64,000 nt of DNA, from the NCBI GenBank assembly GCA_000004985.1, contig GG738849.1. The stretch is one strand, 5' to 3'. Made by a program: the position numbers and the translations under genes. The notes beneath the pieces are model-generated. The model saw nothing but the letters and a program-made list of their open reading frames with translations. It was not told the DNA's origin and searched no databases. Below are positions 35,101 to 46,649 of this stretch, in pieces; position 1 is the stretch's first letter, and every line of letters starts with the position of its first letter. This DNA is from Naegleria gruberi (Eukaryota).

Positions 35101-35579
35101 TAAAGCTACTTGACACCTAGTGAACTCTTCTGTTGTTGTTTTGAGTTCTGTCTCCATTTTAGACATTTCTTCGATTAATCTTTGTATCACCGTTTCTTGC
35201 TCTGTGTCATCGTGATGAATATTATTAAAATAATATTATTTTCTTCTTACATACCGGACCTTAGTGCTTCACCTAGAATTTCAAGAATTCTATCTTTTAC
35301 GTGAGGAGATGTTGTTATATCCTTGTCCATTTGTAAAATTACTTTATCATTTTGAAGATCTCTTAATATCCTAGTTAACCCATCAGCCAGCAACATGACT
35401 CTCTCTTCGTACTGTCTTCGTATGTTAGCAACCGATGGTATCATTGATACATCACCAGATACAACTGGTGATTGTTTATTTCCCTCATCGACACTGTTTC
35501 TTATGAAATGAACTCGCATGTTAGGGTCCTTGTCTTTTCTCCTGTTAGACATTTTTTTTGTTGATTTGTTTTTGAGCAT
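32136..35579 (-). CDS. Long coiled-coil protein (about 1100 aa), 4 exons: 35579..35255, 35201..34904, 34862..34262, 34220..32136
   Basis: Three introns of 53, 41 and 41 nt, each GTATGT/GTAAGT..AG, restore a continuous frame across four ORFs. Heptad-rich sequence throughout. Confidence 0.6.
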
Positions 35580-35689
35580 TAGGCGGGAAATTGAAAATTG
35601 TAACTTTTTGGCGCGAAAAAATTTTCTAAAGCTAAAAGCAAAAAGCTCAATAGCATTTCTTGATGAGAGAATTCTTAAAATTTATTCTT

Positions 35690-36559
35690 CTACCCAAGAA
35701 TTTTCTCTTCTAACTGCTTCCTCTTCCTCAGGAGTGAAATCTGTTCACAAATATTTAGTAAATATCTTTGATGAATTATATTTGAAATAGTCAACTTACC
35801 ATTTTTAATATTAAAAGTGTCTCTAATTTGCTCAGGACTCTTTCCTCTAATCATATTTGCAACTTGAGCACAGAGTAAATCCAAAATTTTCTTTGAAAAT
35901 GTTGCATTTGCTGCAATTATAAGAGCAAACAAGTGAACCTGATCTAAATTTTCAAAATATTCAGCCACAAAATTGGGAAGAAATTCACAAAATTCCCTGG
36001 TGTTTGGTTTTTGAATTTCAAAATCACCACCCAAGGACATCAATTCAAAACCAGTAAATAGAAGAGAAAATAATTGAGCTTCACTTTGAGAAGCTAAACC
36101 AAAAACGACATCAACTTGTGGCAATACCAATTGTTCAAACCCTTCCTTTTGCGCATTGTAATTTTCCAAAGCACTTGGAAATTCGTTTATAGCTCCTTTG
36201 GAAGCATAGAATCTCAACAAAGTGCCAGTAACCTTACGAATTGGTTCAATAGTAGTGAATTTAGTTTTGGAAAAATCACCCTGGTGATCATCACCACTAG
36301 CAGTGATGATCTTGAGATCAGCAAAATTATCACCACTGGCTTGACAATTGATCAAACCTCTCATCAGAGAATTTTGAAAATTGATCACGGAACGCAAAAC
36401 ATCATTCACTTCATTTCCTTCAATGAATTCTACATTTGTATTATTATCAATAGAAAGATTAATTTGAACAAGATCGTGCTGGGACAATGACAATATTGAT
36501 TTTTGAATGGCCGAGCGAATAGATGGCAATTTGTGGAAGAACAGATCGTTTTGATTCAT
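35690..36559 (-). CDS. Hypothetical protein (289 aa)
   Basis: Single ORF with ATG at 36559. No recognisable motif. Confidence 0.4.
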   Translation of the reverse strand: MNQNDLFFHKLPSIRSAIQKSILSLSQHDLVQINLSIDNNTNVEFIEGNEVNDVLRSVINFQNSLMRGLINCQASGDNFADLKIITASGDDHQGDFSKTKFTTIEPIRKVTGTLLRFYASKGAINEFPSALENYNAQKEGFEQLVLPQVDVVFGLASQSEAQLFSLLFTGFELMSLGGDFEIQKPNTREFCEFLPNFVAEYFENLDQVHLFALIIAANATFSKKILDLLCAQVANMIRGKSPEQIRDTFNIKNGKLTISNIIHQRYLLNICEQISLLRKRKQLEEKILG

Positions 36560-36836
36560 TTTTTTTATGTTGTAATGGAAACTAGTTTCATATTTCTTCT
36601 AACTTGAAATTTCACCTCCCATCCCAACACAATAATTACCTTTGATCCAGTTGATATTAAGGGAGAAGGCTTTCCAATAAAAATTTGAAAATACTAAACA
36701 TTGTGAAGAAGAACAAATAACTCAAAGCAAGAACAAAAAATTGTGCACAAAATGGCGCCAAAAGGTAAAACCGCACGTTATCTATTTAAAGAGCAAGCAA
36801 ATAGAAAAAAAATAATTGAGAAACTTTATCATTGAG

Positions 36837-37754
36837 ATGCCTCCACGAAGAAGAATTGCAACAAAGAGGAGGTTTTTGGAGCACACTACTCCACAAAGCC
36901 TAGACATTAATAGTGATAATGATGAGAATGAGGAATCACAAATAATCGGATCTAGTAGTAGTGGTAATAATAATAATACAATACGGGAAAACTCTTATGA
37001 TCATTTTGCAACATTGAATAATAATAACATTATTGGATCTTCATCTCTACAGCCTGTTAGGAAACATCGACGAATAAGTAATTCAACACCAAGCCTATCT
37101 GCTCCTGTTGCTGCTTCATCTTCTTCAAGTATACCTCATCGAACACCTGCAATACCCTCTCCGTTTATTTTACCACCAACAACCATACAAAACAATAATT
37201 CGAATAATGATGAAAATGTAATAGTAATAGAGGATGATGCGGACGAATTTCGACGACATGGTAGAAACCAAGACGATGCCATTGTGTTAAATAGTGATGA
37301 CGAACAGAATGAAGTGCAGATAGTTGGGACGAATCATATTAATAGTGATTCAGATGATGACGATGACGACACTGATATTTCTGAGGAGCAAGACGATGGA
37401 GATGATGCCACAATCTTTAGACATTTTAACTTGGGAAGAAATCCATTCCTTTTACTTCCCCAATTTCCTTCGAGGTTTAGTGGATTTTTGATGAATGCTT
37501 TACAAAGAATGCACAATAGAAATACAACTCCAGAACCTCCAAGAAATAAGGCAGATATTAAGAAGGTTAAATATAATCCTACAGATGGTTCAGAACCTGT
37601 GGAATGTACAATATGTCTTGAAAAATTGAAAAAAAATGTAATGGTTTACAAAACTGGGTGTGACCACATGTTTCATATTAAGTGTCTAGACGGATGGTTA
37701 AAATCTGCCGTGAGACCTTCATGCCCTAATTGTAGAGCAGATTTACACAAGTGA
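36837..37754 (+). CDS. RING-H2 finger protein (putative E3 ubiquitin ligase) with a long low-complexity N-terminus
   Basis: CTICLEKLKKNVMVYKTGCDHMFHIKCLDGWLKSAVRPSCPNCR. Confidence 0.75.
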   Translation: MPPRRRIATKRRFLEHTTPQSLDINSDNDENEESQIIGSSSSGNNNNTIRENSYDHFATLNNNNIIGSSSLQPVRKHRRISNSTPSLSAPVAASSSSSIPHRTPAIPSPFILPPTTIQNNNSNNDENVIVIEDDADEFRRHGRNQDDAIVLNSDDEQNEVQIVGTNHINSDSDDDDDDTDISEEQDDGDDATIFRHFNLGRNPFLLLPQFPSRFSGFLMNALQRMHNRNTTPEPPRNKADIKKVKYNPTDGSEPVECTICLEKLKKNVMVYKTGCDHMFHIKCLDGWLKSAVRPSCPNCRADLHK

Positions 37755-38295
37755 TTTTAGGTATTATTGAGATTTTGAATCAACCTTTTCTAACATGGAA
37801 CTAACAACTAATCAATTAATAATAAACCTTGGAACTCTTGATTTTCCAAACAACTAATAGTGAAATATTGTGTTTTATGCTATTGTAAAGCAAGTAATGG
37901 ACAACTGATTGGATTTAGAATGGGAAGAGCACCATTTTTCACATAGAATTTTCACAACCTTTACCTATTATGGTGCTCCAGAAGGAAATTGGCTGAATGA
38001 ATCTGCTGGTGTTTGGTATAATGGTGATAAACCTGTGCGAAACTCAAGAAATAGTGTATTATTCTTGAGGTAGTCCATTAATTTTTCAAGAACTATTCCA
38101 AAGATCCATATTTTTATATTTTTGAATAACAAAATTAACAAAGATATATGACTTCCTTTATTTACTATTTCCACTCAATATTGGAACATACCCACAACAA
38201 TTATGATCTATCTCTCTAAACAAACATGTAAACATCCATTTTTATCAATTTCATCATCTAATGAAATTTATATTTAAAAAAATTACAATTAAAAA

Positions 38296-39324
38296 ATGGG
38301 TCAAAATAAATCACTTCCACTCACACTGAAAAATCATGCAAACAAATATGCAAAGGAGGAATTTGCTAAAATGAGGAATTTGGAGCAACAATTGGTAAAA
38401 TCAACAGATTTCACGACCGCATTGAACAATCCTTCAAAGAATAGATATTCTAATATTTTGGCAAGTAGGTTTTATTACATTCCGATAGAGTGTGTGATGA
38501 TTGATGATCAAAGATGAGGATACCAGAGTAAAATTGACAAGTGATAATGAATTTTATATTAATGCAAATTATATTGGTGTGGATGATAAAGTTTTGTATA
38601 TTGCTGGACAAGGACCACTTGCTAATACAATTTACGATTTTTGGAGAATGATAATAGAGGAGGATGTAAAGGTGATTTTAATGTTGGCAAATGTGATTGA
38701 AAAAAATTCTGTAAGTAGAGCCATCACGTTTGGCAGCAGCTTATCTAGATCACAATATATGTAATTTAGAAAAAATGTGAACAATACTGGCCTAATTTGG
38801 GAGACAAGGGAGGAGCAACACCAGATGACAGCAATCCACGAGAACAAAGAGATATTATCGTATCTAATGTTAATGAGGATTTAATTAAGAATGAAATATA
38901 TGATAGAACCATCAAGGTTGGATTTTCTGGAGCAGAGGAAAAAATTGTCCATATTGTTCATTTTACTACATGGCCTGATTTTGGAGTTCCTAATTTGAGT
39001 ACATTCTCAGAAGTGGTCTATTTAGTCAATAATTTAAATACAACTAAATCAAAGATTTACGTGCATTGCTCAGCTGGTGTTGGAAGAACTGGAACATTTT
39101 GTTTAGTTGACTCAATTCTCAAAGATTACCAAAATGGTGTGGATATTGATGCAGAAAAAATTATGGAAAGAGCTGTTTCTTTAAAGGTTTGTTTAGTATT
39201 TCAACAATTAATTTTAACATTAAAATTGCAGAAACAAAGATTTGGCATGATCCAAACACAAGAACAATACCATTTTGCCTATTCTTCCATTGCACACATT
39301 ATTGAGCAAAATGTAAATAAATAA
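38296..39324 (+). CDS. Protein tyrosine phosphatase, 4 exons: 38296..38464, 38514..38710, 38770..39186, 39232..39324
   Basis: NRYSNIL.., RVKL, KCEQYWP, WPDFGVP, VHCSAGVGRTGTF, QRFGMIQTQEQY. Introns of 49, 59 and 45 nt put all canonical PTP motifs in one frame. Confidence 0.75.
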
Positions 39325-39330
39325 TTTGTA

Positions 39331-41970
39331 TTAAATTGTTTGATAATCAGGACCAAACCAATTAAAGTAAATGCAAAATGCAAGCCAAACTAAATGGATG
39401 AAGGTTGAAACAGCATACATTACAACCCAAAGCCAAACTCTTCTGCTCTTACCCTTTGGATGAGTCATTTGAACGACAAACAAAGCCAAAAGAGCAAGAA
39501 CAATAGCAAAATCAAATACCACTGCCAGTTGACATTCAAGAAGGAAAAATTGAATGCCAAATTGCTCTTGTGGGAATAATTTGGTCTGATTGAATAATGA
39601 ATAATTCATTATAATTCCAATAAGTGCCAATGAATTATTCAATGTAGTACACGACATTAATAAGATAGCAATAGTATCAACAATGGATTTGATCTTGATA
39701 AATTTGTGTATCTTACTTGATTTGACAGTAGTTGTTGGTTCAGATCCATTCATTGCCTCTTCATCATCTCCATAAGAGTACAATAATTGTCTACCTTCTT
39801 CATCCACACCAACAATGTTGGTATCAGAGTCTTGAATAGTGATTGATCCAGTCGAAGAAGAAAGTGGACCAATTGGTCTTTGAAGTGAGGCAACTCGATT
39901 AATTAAAATTGATGCCTTTCTCTTGGAATACATTGCATTATGCTCTCTCCATGTATGGATACAGAACGACAAGTGCAACAATGAGAATGAAAAGCAAATG
40001 AGAAATGAAAATCCAAGAGTAAGCAATAATGCGTAAAAGTTAACTGGTGTGGCTCGTTCAAAAGGTACAGAAGCAAGAGTAATGTACGATGCTGATTCAT
40101 CTCCCTCATTGAACTCGAAAGAAATATCAGAAAATCCATCGACAATTAATACCTCGTCATCATATTTGATACCAGCAATAAATAGAGGATCATTTTCAAG
40201 AGTTCTTCCTGGCATTTCCAAAGCCACAAGCTGAATTCCCCTCTCTCCTGTGGAAATATAGAGGTGATTGTCTTCGACAGAAACACAAATCTTCTTTTGG
40301 AATTCCTTCCTGAATTTAAGCCATGTAGTATGTTCATATTCGTGCATTACATAGCAACCACTGTACTTGGTAATGTAATTGTACTCTTCAGAAAATTTTG
40401 GAAGTGAACTAATTTTCATTGTGAATGCACAAATTCCAAGATCATTATCCACATAGGTAGTATTCAAAGGAGATTTTCTCATACTGCAAGGAACTCTATC
40501 GACATATCTATCAACAAATAAATCAAATCCCAAATCCCACCTGATATCTTTTCCTCTTCCCAAAATTGCAATACCAAGACCTTGTTCATGGAAAACAGCC
40601 AACCTAGAGAAAAATGGATGCATGAAAGAACCGTGTGCTGTAATGTACTTTACATCCGATTTCTTTTCAATATTCCATCCATAACCAGTGGTGATGGAAC
40701 AGTTTGGATGAGAGCTGAAATGTTCACTGTACATTAGTTCAGCACTTTCCTTTGAGAATATTCTTTTTCTCTCAACATGTGGATCGAGTTCTGATGGAAT
40801 TATTTCTCCATAATTCAAATGAGTAAGAGCCCACTTGGCCATATCTCTTGGAGTAGAGTACATTCCCACAGAAGAAGAAAATGCTGGAGTATACCAGCAA
40901 TAGTCATCGTAGATTCTGCCATAAATTTCTTCCTTGTCATTTGTTTCAGAAAGGAATGGCAGTACAAGGTTTTCTGAATCAAAAATATTCTTCTTGTACC
41001 TATCAAAAGTGCTGGACATATTCAAAGGTTTGAAAATATGATTTTCCAAATTGTGTTTCATTGATTGTCCTGTCACTCGTTCAATAATTAAAGCTAACAT
41101 GGTATATCCTATATGTGAAAATGATGAAACAAAATCATATCTTCTAATACGAGGAACGTCCATTATTTCCAGATACTTTTTCAAAAAGTGTTCTGGCTCG
41201 TTTTTTTCAGATGAATCATCAACTCGAGAGCATGATCCAACAACTCGGCTATCAAACCCAGTAGTGTGGGTAAGCAGTGATCCTAAAGTAACATTATCAC
41301 TACTAATCTTTACAGGTAGGTCAAGTGTAGAAGAATAATCTCCGATAATATCCTTTTTGATTTTCAAAGGATCTGGTAAATATACATTAGCTTGAGTAGT
41401 TGACAAATTTTCCAGAATTCCCATTTCATAAAGCTGCACACTTGTGGCAGCAGTAAAAGTTGCTGACACTTCTGATATTGGGAAAATATCATCAAGAGGA
41501 TCTTTCATATTTCTTTTTGCACCAACAATTGTTGGCTCTCGAGTTCCGTAAGCTTTCTTAAATATAACCTTTCCCAACTTATCAATAACTACCACAACAC
41601 CATAATCAAGAGTTTCATTATTTCGTAAATAAATTGTATCGAATATTTCCTCAATAGAATTATCATAGTGATGATGATGAATTGGTTTCCTTTTCGACGT
41701 AATAACACTCTTCAAGTATCCAAATTTATCAATCATTCTCGTATAGCTATCTTCATTAAACTCCGACCAAATACCACTCGGCAATAAACACAAAATTACA
41801 GTCATGATGAATATACACCCAATCAATAGAGACCTCCGCCGCGATGTTGATGATTTTATCCTAGACTGATTTTTGAAACACGGATTGCTCATCGTGCCAA
41901 TGCTTCTCCTTGAATTATTATTTAATAACATTGGTGATGATGAAAATGCCGTTACGGGAGAGAATTTCAT
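39331..41970 (-). CDS. Beta-lactamase/transpeptidase-like (serine hydrolase fold) domain protein with an N-terminal signal-anchor and a C-terminal multi-pass TM region
   Basis: IFPISEVSATFTAATSVQLYEMGIL aligns with the class-C SxSKTFTA region, but Lys is replaced by Ala. 879-aa intronless ORF. Four or five hydrophobic helices in the last 230 aa. Confidence 0.55.
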   Translation of the reverse strand: MKFSPVTAFSSSPMLLNNNSRRSIGTMSNPCFKNQSRIKSSTSRRRSLLIGCIFIMTVILCLLPSGIWSEFNEDSYTRMIDKFGYLKSVITSKRKPIHHHHYDNSIEEIFDTIYLRNNETLDYGVVVVIDKLGKVIFKKAYGTREPTIVGAKRNMKDPLDDIFPISEVSATFTAATSVQLYEMGILENLSTTQANVYLPDPLKIKKDIIGDYSSTLDLPVKISSDNVTLGSLLTHTTGFDSRVVGSCSRVDDSSEKNEPEHFLKKYLEIMDVPRIRRYDFVSSFSHIGYTMLALIIERVTGQSMKHNLENHIFKPLNMSSTFDRYKKNIFDSENLVLPFLSETNDKEEIYGRIYDDYCWYTPAFSSSVGMYSTPRDMAKWALTHLNYGEIIPSELDPHVERKRIFSKESAELMYSEHFSSHPNCSITTGYGWNIEKKSDVKYITAHGSFMHPFFSRLAVFHEQGLGIAILGRGKDIRWDLGFDLFVDRYVDRVPCSMRKSPLNTTYVDNDLGICAFTMKISSLPKFSEEYNYITKYSGCYVMHEYEHTTWLKFRKEFQKKICVSVEDNHLYISTGERGIQLVALEMPGRTLENDPLFIAGIKYDDEVLIVDGFSDISFEFNEGDESASYITLASVPFERATPVNFYALLLTLGFSFLICFSFSLLHLSFCIHTWREHNAMYSKRKASILINRVASLQRPIGPLSSSTGSITIQDSDTNIVGVDEEGRQLLYSYGDDEEAMNGSEPTTTVKSSKIHKFIKIKSIVDTIAILLMSCTTLNNSLALIGIIMNYSLFNQTKLFPQEQFGIQFFLLECQLAVVFDFAIVLALLALFVVQMTHPKGKSRRVWLWVVMYAVSTFIHLVWLAFCIYFNWFGPDYQTI

Positions 41971-42241
41971 TTTTTTTAAAGTTTTTTAACGTTGCGTCGC
42001 TTTAAAGCCAAATCAAGAGCAGAAATATGAAGACGCAAGTTTTAATTTGGAAAGTTGTAAAATGTGTTAAGGATAGTAAGGGCTATGAAATAATCGATGT
42101 ACACTGGTGCAATGGTATTGGCAGGTAATGGAATTAGTATGAATATAGTGAATAAATTGTAAATACCTCTTTTTAGTGAGATATTTATTGTTACAAATTT
42201 TGGGTAATATTAAATTTAATTTGAGTGTGAGAAAAAATAAA

Positions 42242-44035
42242 TTAAAAGGTTGGGATATTGGAGAGGAAGAGAGATGGATCTTCTTTCTTGATCCAATTTT
42301 TGATTTGTTCACAAATTGCAATCATGTCAGATTTGGAAGCTAACAATGAAAATGTAGCATAAATTTCCAAATTACCAGTCCACAGTCCAATAACAGATTC
42401 ATATTTGGTGCTTTCCACGTAGGTTCTTACTTGAGATCCAATATTTTTGTTTGGAATGGATTCGAGTTTCTCTCTTGTTGATTTGTACAATCTGAGAATT
42501 CTCTTTCTTTCCTTCTTGGTATGATAAGGTGGTAAGAATTTAGTGGAACAAGTTTGGCAAATTGAAATAGTGGTTGATTTGATTCTACAATTGAAATGTC
42601 TGAGGAAAGTTTGAGTCATTAAAAAGTCATCTGCTGTTGGGGATGAAGCTGTTTGTCTGACATTTGTGAAAATCTCGTTAACTGGTGGATAAGGTGATTT
42701 GGAAGCATTGACAACAGATGGGAAGCACTCGGATTGAATAAGGTCATGTAAAGTTTGAGTTTGAGATTGTTGACAGTCAAAGAAAGACTCTGTACTCATA
42801 CAAATCATTACATAGCACCAATTTTCTGTGAAATAAATTATATAAGCATAGACATAGGATGTCTCTGAGAGTCCAGGTAAGCAAATAGGAGTCCAAGTCT
42901 CGCTGCTCTTCATTGAAGAGTGTGCAGATCCAACAAAATTCATCAGTAAGAGTAAATCTTTGGTTTTCATATTGTACTTCTTGTTTCTAATCATGTGAAC
43001 AAGGGTATTATCGCAAATCATTAAGGAGAACATGAGCTTATTTTGAACTCTATTCTTCATCATGATATCACCTATTTGATTTCTAGTATTCTTTGGCAAC
43101 CTCAGAACATGTGTTGAATCAAACGAAAAATCAATAGAATTACTCATTCTATTAATTAGAGAATAAATAATCTTATCAGTTCCTCCCAATAAATTTCTCA
43201 AATCAAAATTAGATCTCTTTTGTAATATATCTTGGATATTCTTCGATGTAAGTATAAATACAAGTTGTTCGTAAATAGTTTCCAATTGTTTGGCAATTTC
43301 AATATTAGTTTCTGATGTTCTACATGCAGAAACGAAGTAGAGTGCTCCTTTAAGAACATAGACAAACCTCAAATCTCCACAATTAACGGTTCTTACAGTA
43401 CCTCCTTCTTTTGAGACAATAGTTACAATACCAAGGAAAAAACTAAGAATGGTATTCAATTGATTTTCATCACCATATCTTGCAAAAATTGGTTTACCAG
43501 CTTCGCTCAAAATGAAAATGTGTTTTTGATGTAGTTGCCATTTCAATTGAGTTTGATCTTCATCAATATGTTTTAAATATTTTGGCATTTCCTCAGGAAC
43601 AATATTCAATGAGTTTGAGGAGTCATTTGATTTGTTAATAATTATTGATGAAACAGCATAATCACTATTTGTTTGTTCCTCAAATTCTGTTTTAAAGGTA
43701 TCCTTATGTTCAACTACAACTACATTCTCGAACAATGTTGATGATTGTTCTGCAGTACAAACATTTTCATTTGAAACATCAGACAAGGTTTCTGATTGTG
43801 AAGCTCCAGTTTCCAAATCCTTATCTTCCAAATGAGCTTCCTTTATGATGGCTTCGGAGCCTTCTGTTGAAATTTGATCCTCTTCATTATAAATAATTTG
43901 TGAATAGGCTGCTGTCTCCTCATCATCAGAGGTATCGAATTTATCAACAACACTTGTTGGAAAATTACTTGATGAAGGATTAACCAAATTGATGGGACTG
44001 TCCACTTGTGTATTTAAACTTCCTTGTCGAGTCAC
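42242..44035 (-). CDS. MON1 (SAND family) homolog; 5' end unresolved (a possible upstream exon near 44150..44190)
   Basis: HIFILSEAGKPIFARYGDE...FVYVLKGALYFVSACRTSETNIEIAKQLETIYEQLVFILTS...RSNFDLRNLLGG match the MON1 longin-domain consensus. Confidence 0.7.
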   Translation of the reverse strand: MTRQGSLNTQVDSPINLVNPSSSNFPTSVVDKFDTSDDEETAAYSQIIYNEEDQISTEGSEAIIKEAHLEDKDLETGASQSETLSDVSNENVCTAEQSSTLFENVVVVEHKDTFKTEFEEQTNSDYAVSSIIINKSNDSSNSLNIVPEEMPKYLKHIDEDQTQLKWQLHQKHIFILSEAGKPIFARYGDENQLNTILSFFLGIVTIVSKEGGTVRTVNCGDLRFVYVLKGALYFVSACRTSETNIEIAKQLETIYEQLVFILTSKNIQDILQKRSNFDLRNLLGGTDKIIYSLINRMSNSIDFSFDSTHVLRLPKNTRNQIGDIMMKNRVQNKLMFSLMICDNTLVHMIRNKKYNMKTKDLLLLMNFVGSAHSSMKSSETWTPICLPGLSETSYVYAYIIYFTENWCYVMICMSTESFFDCQQSQTQTLHDLIQSECFPSVVNASKSPYPPVNEIFTNVRQTASSPTADDFLMTQTFLRHFNCRIKSTTISICQTCSTKFLPPYHTKKERKRILRLYKSTREKLESIPNKNIGSQVRTYVESTKYESVIGLWTGNLEIYATFSLLASKSDMIAICEQIKNWIKKEDPSLFLSNIPTF

Positions 44036-44371
44036 AACAGAAAAAGCATAATTATCATCATCGTTTCCTTCATCAATAATTTTAGTTGGTGTAAGAATAT
44101 TATCGGAATTTCCTTCTTGTGTAATCCTACTAGAAATTATTAACAGAGTCGATGCTGCTTGATGATGACTCTCTTAAAGACATTTTTTAAAAAGATTTTT
44201 CTTTTGAAAATCAAAACTTGGTTTTGGACAATTAGAAAATGATTTTGAATTTAATTGATTTTCCAAATCCAATAATATTATTTAAATATTCTCCTAAAAG
44301 AGGTTAAATAAACCAAAGTTGTTTTTTCTTTTAATTTTTTAATGTTTTTCAAAATAAATGTAATAAATTGT

Positions 44372-45214
44372 TTAAACGTATCCGATAACTGATTTACCAC
44401 GGTATGTCTTAGCCTTGTCGTTAATTGGTAAGTATACTCTTACAAGTACTGGTGATTGACCATCCTTCAAATCAACATAAACACAGTAATATCCTGGTTT
44501 TCTGATTGGATGATAGGAACCTTCACTATTCTTTTGTTCACCTGGGAAGCTGATATCTTCTTCCTTGATGGCGATATGATAAACACACCAAACATAATTG
44601 GCAACATCACGTTTTGTGATTGCCCAATAGTAAGACATGTCTGCTCCTTCAGTCTTTCTCCACATCTTGACTACGCAACGTTGTAAAATATATCTCTTAT
44701 TGAAGGCGTCTCTCTTTGCTGCTAATTCCTCTGGGTTTGATAATAAATCCTTGTAAAGTTCTCTGTTTTCTGGTGTATTCAAGACAGCTTTTGGCGGATT
44801 ACTTGCCAAAAATCTCCAGGCCTTGGCTGCTTGCATTTTCACTACTTCACCAGCAAATGAGAGTTTGTTGTCTCTAATGATAAGAAGTTCACGAATAGCT
44901 GGTTTGAGGCCACTCTTTGTTGTATCTTTAATTTCTTTAGCTGGATTCTTCCACTTTTCCTCTGGTCCTTCAAGGAAGGTTTCAAAAGTTTCCTTGCCGG
45001 ATGGAAGCTTTCTTCTGACTTTTTGCTTTTTTCTTTCTCTTATTTGTTGTTGTGTCAGAGAAGAACATAAAATTTGAATTTGTGAAGTGTGAGTAGATGG
45101 AATTAATGATGATGGAACTGATGATAAGACCGATGAAGTCATTGAAGTATTAGCGCAAAACCTCTTCATCATGAGGGATGAGGCAACATTCAACGATAAA
45201 CCCTTTCTCAACAT
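44372..45214 (-). CDS. Hypothetical protein with a predicted mitochondrial presequence
   Basis: 280-aa ORF with an N-terminus rich in S/T/R and no acidic residues. Confidence 0.4.
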   Translation of the reverse strand: MLRKGLSLNVASSLMMKRFCANTSMTSSVLSSVPSSLIPSTHTSQIQILCSSLTQQQIRERKKQKVRRKLPSGKETFETFLEGPEEKWKNPAKEIKDTTKSGLKPAIRELLIIRDNKLSFAGEVVKMQAAKAWRFLASNPPKAVLNTPENRELYKDLLSNPEELAAKRDAFNKRYILQRCVVKMWRKTEGADMSYYWAITKRDVANYVWCVYHIAIKEEDISFPGEQKNSEGSYHPIRKPGYYCVYVDLKDGQSPVLVRVYLPINDKAKTYRGKSVIGYV

Positions 45215-45532
45215 TTTTTTTCTGCAATAATATTTTTAATAATTATTTTTTTTAAATTTAAAAAACTTGAATAAATTGCTTGGTAGATTTTGCTCAATTG
45301 AGAGAAAGCAACAAATTACAAGACTTTTGAAACTTTTTGTTATCAAGTTTACATACGATGAGTATTAAGAAATTGAGAATTTGTAAATTTGTAAAAAATG
45401 AATCAAACAAGTGCTTTAAATTCATCCAACAAGGCTTTGAAAAATCCTTAATAATTTCCTAGCCTAACTAGAGAACGAACTCATCGAAACATAATATGAT
45501 TACTTCCTTATAATACAATCATGAATATAGAT

Positions 45533-46461
45533 TTAATTACGAACAATGTGGAAATTCTTGTCAGTTGGTTCTTCGGAATTTCTTGGTTGGAGAGTATTTT
45601 CAGTAGTACTGTGGGAGGTGGCAACATCTTCATCATCTTCTTCTTCGAGAGTTTGATGTTTTGGTGCAGTAGTTGGTGCCTTATTATCAGTGGAAGATCC
45701 GGAGAAACCAATGAAGAGGAAAACAAAGAACAAGACAATTCCTGTAATGATGAAAACTCCCAAAGTTGACAAATTGAAAATCAACATTGAATTGTATGGA
45801 GTGAATGGTTTGAGTTCAACAGGCTGTTATTCAAAACAATTCCGAAATTTAAATTCCACACACATGTTATTATCAAATTAATTTCATAATTACGATTAAT
45901 CAATTTTCAAAGATTCGTGTCACACCCAAAAATCTGTTGTGAATATCAAAAAACTTACACACAATGCAGAGTAGAATGAGTAAACATTCTTGATGAGGAA
46001 TGAAGCAGATACAAAACCGATCAAAATTCTCAAAACAACCAAGCATTGAGAAACCAATCCTGGATGGTATCCTTCACGTAATTTAATTTCCAATAAGAGG
46101 CACAATGGAGAGATGGTAGACAATACAAAGCAACACAATTCACAGATACCAAAGACAAGTGTGAAAGTTTGAAGACTACATTCTGATCAGTATGGAAGTA
46201 TAGAATCTCTTACTTACCTTTGGAGTGGACATTGCTATAGTAATAAGCAATAGATTAAATACATTAATTAGAAGATTACCATACCAATTCGAGATCTCTA
46301 TTATAATCAGGTAATGTGTAAATTACAATTGCAAAGACACCACCAGCAAGAGAAAGAAGAGCAAGAACAAGTTGTGTGACAACAGCAATGCCGACGAGGG
46401 ACTTCTTCTTCTTGTGTTTCTCATCAGATGGATGATTTTCTGTTGGATAGTGTGTTGGCAT
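45533..46461 (-). CDS. Four-pass membrane protein (237 aa). Proposed 4 exons: 46461..46280, 46234..46218 (17-nt micro-exon), 46182..45959, 45823..45533.
   Basis: Only this combination gives a total length divisible by 3 and joins ORFs 46276..46461, 45920..46138 and 45533..45787. It requires a GTAATC donor and introns of 45 and 35 nt. Four hydrophobic helices. Confidence 0.4.
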
Positions 46462-46649
46462 TTTTTAATGTTTTGTTGATTACTGACACTGATTATAATC
46501 TCATAAAAACATCTTCACCACTTGAGAGATATTACACAAACTTCGTAACGATTCCAAACCAAAATAATAATCATTACCATCCTTTTCCAATATAAAACTC
46601 TTCGTTGTGAACAGTTATTAGTAATTGATTACTGTACAGAAATATAAAT

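Noticed and set aside
35775-35810. AATG|GTAAGT...CATCAAAG potential intron inside the 35690..36559 ORF
   Set aside because: Splicing there would create an immediate stop (..GAT ATT TAC TAA). The unspliced ORF remains open.
42067-42321. 84-aa minus-strand ORF overlapping the MON1 stop
   Set aside because: It is short, has no start context, and overlaps a well-supported gene end and its 3' flank.
44035-44200. Upstream ATG exon (MSLRESSSSSIDSVNNF) for MON1
   Set aside because: No GT..AG pair places it in phase with the main MON1 frame. The 5' end is left unresolved rather than asserted.
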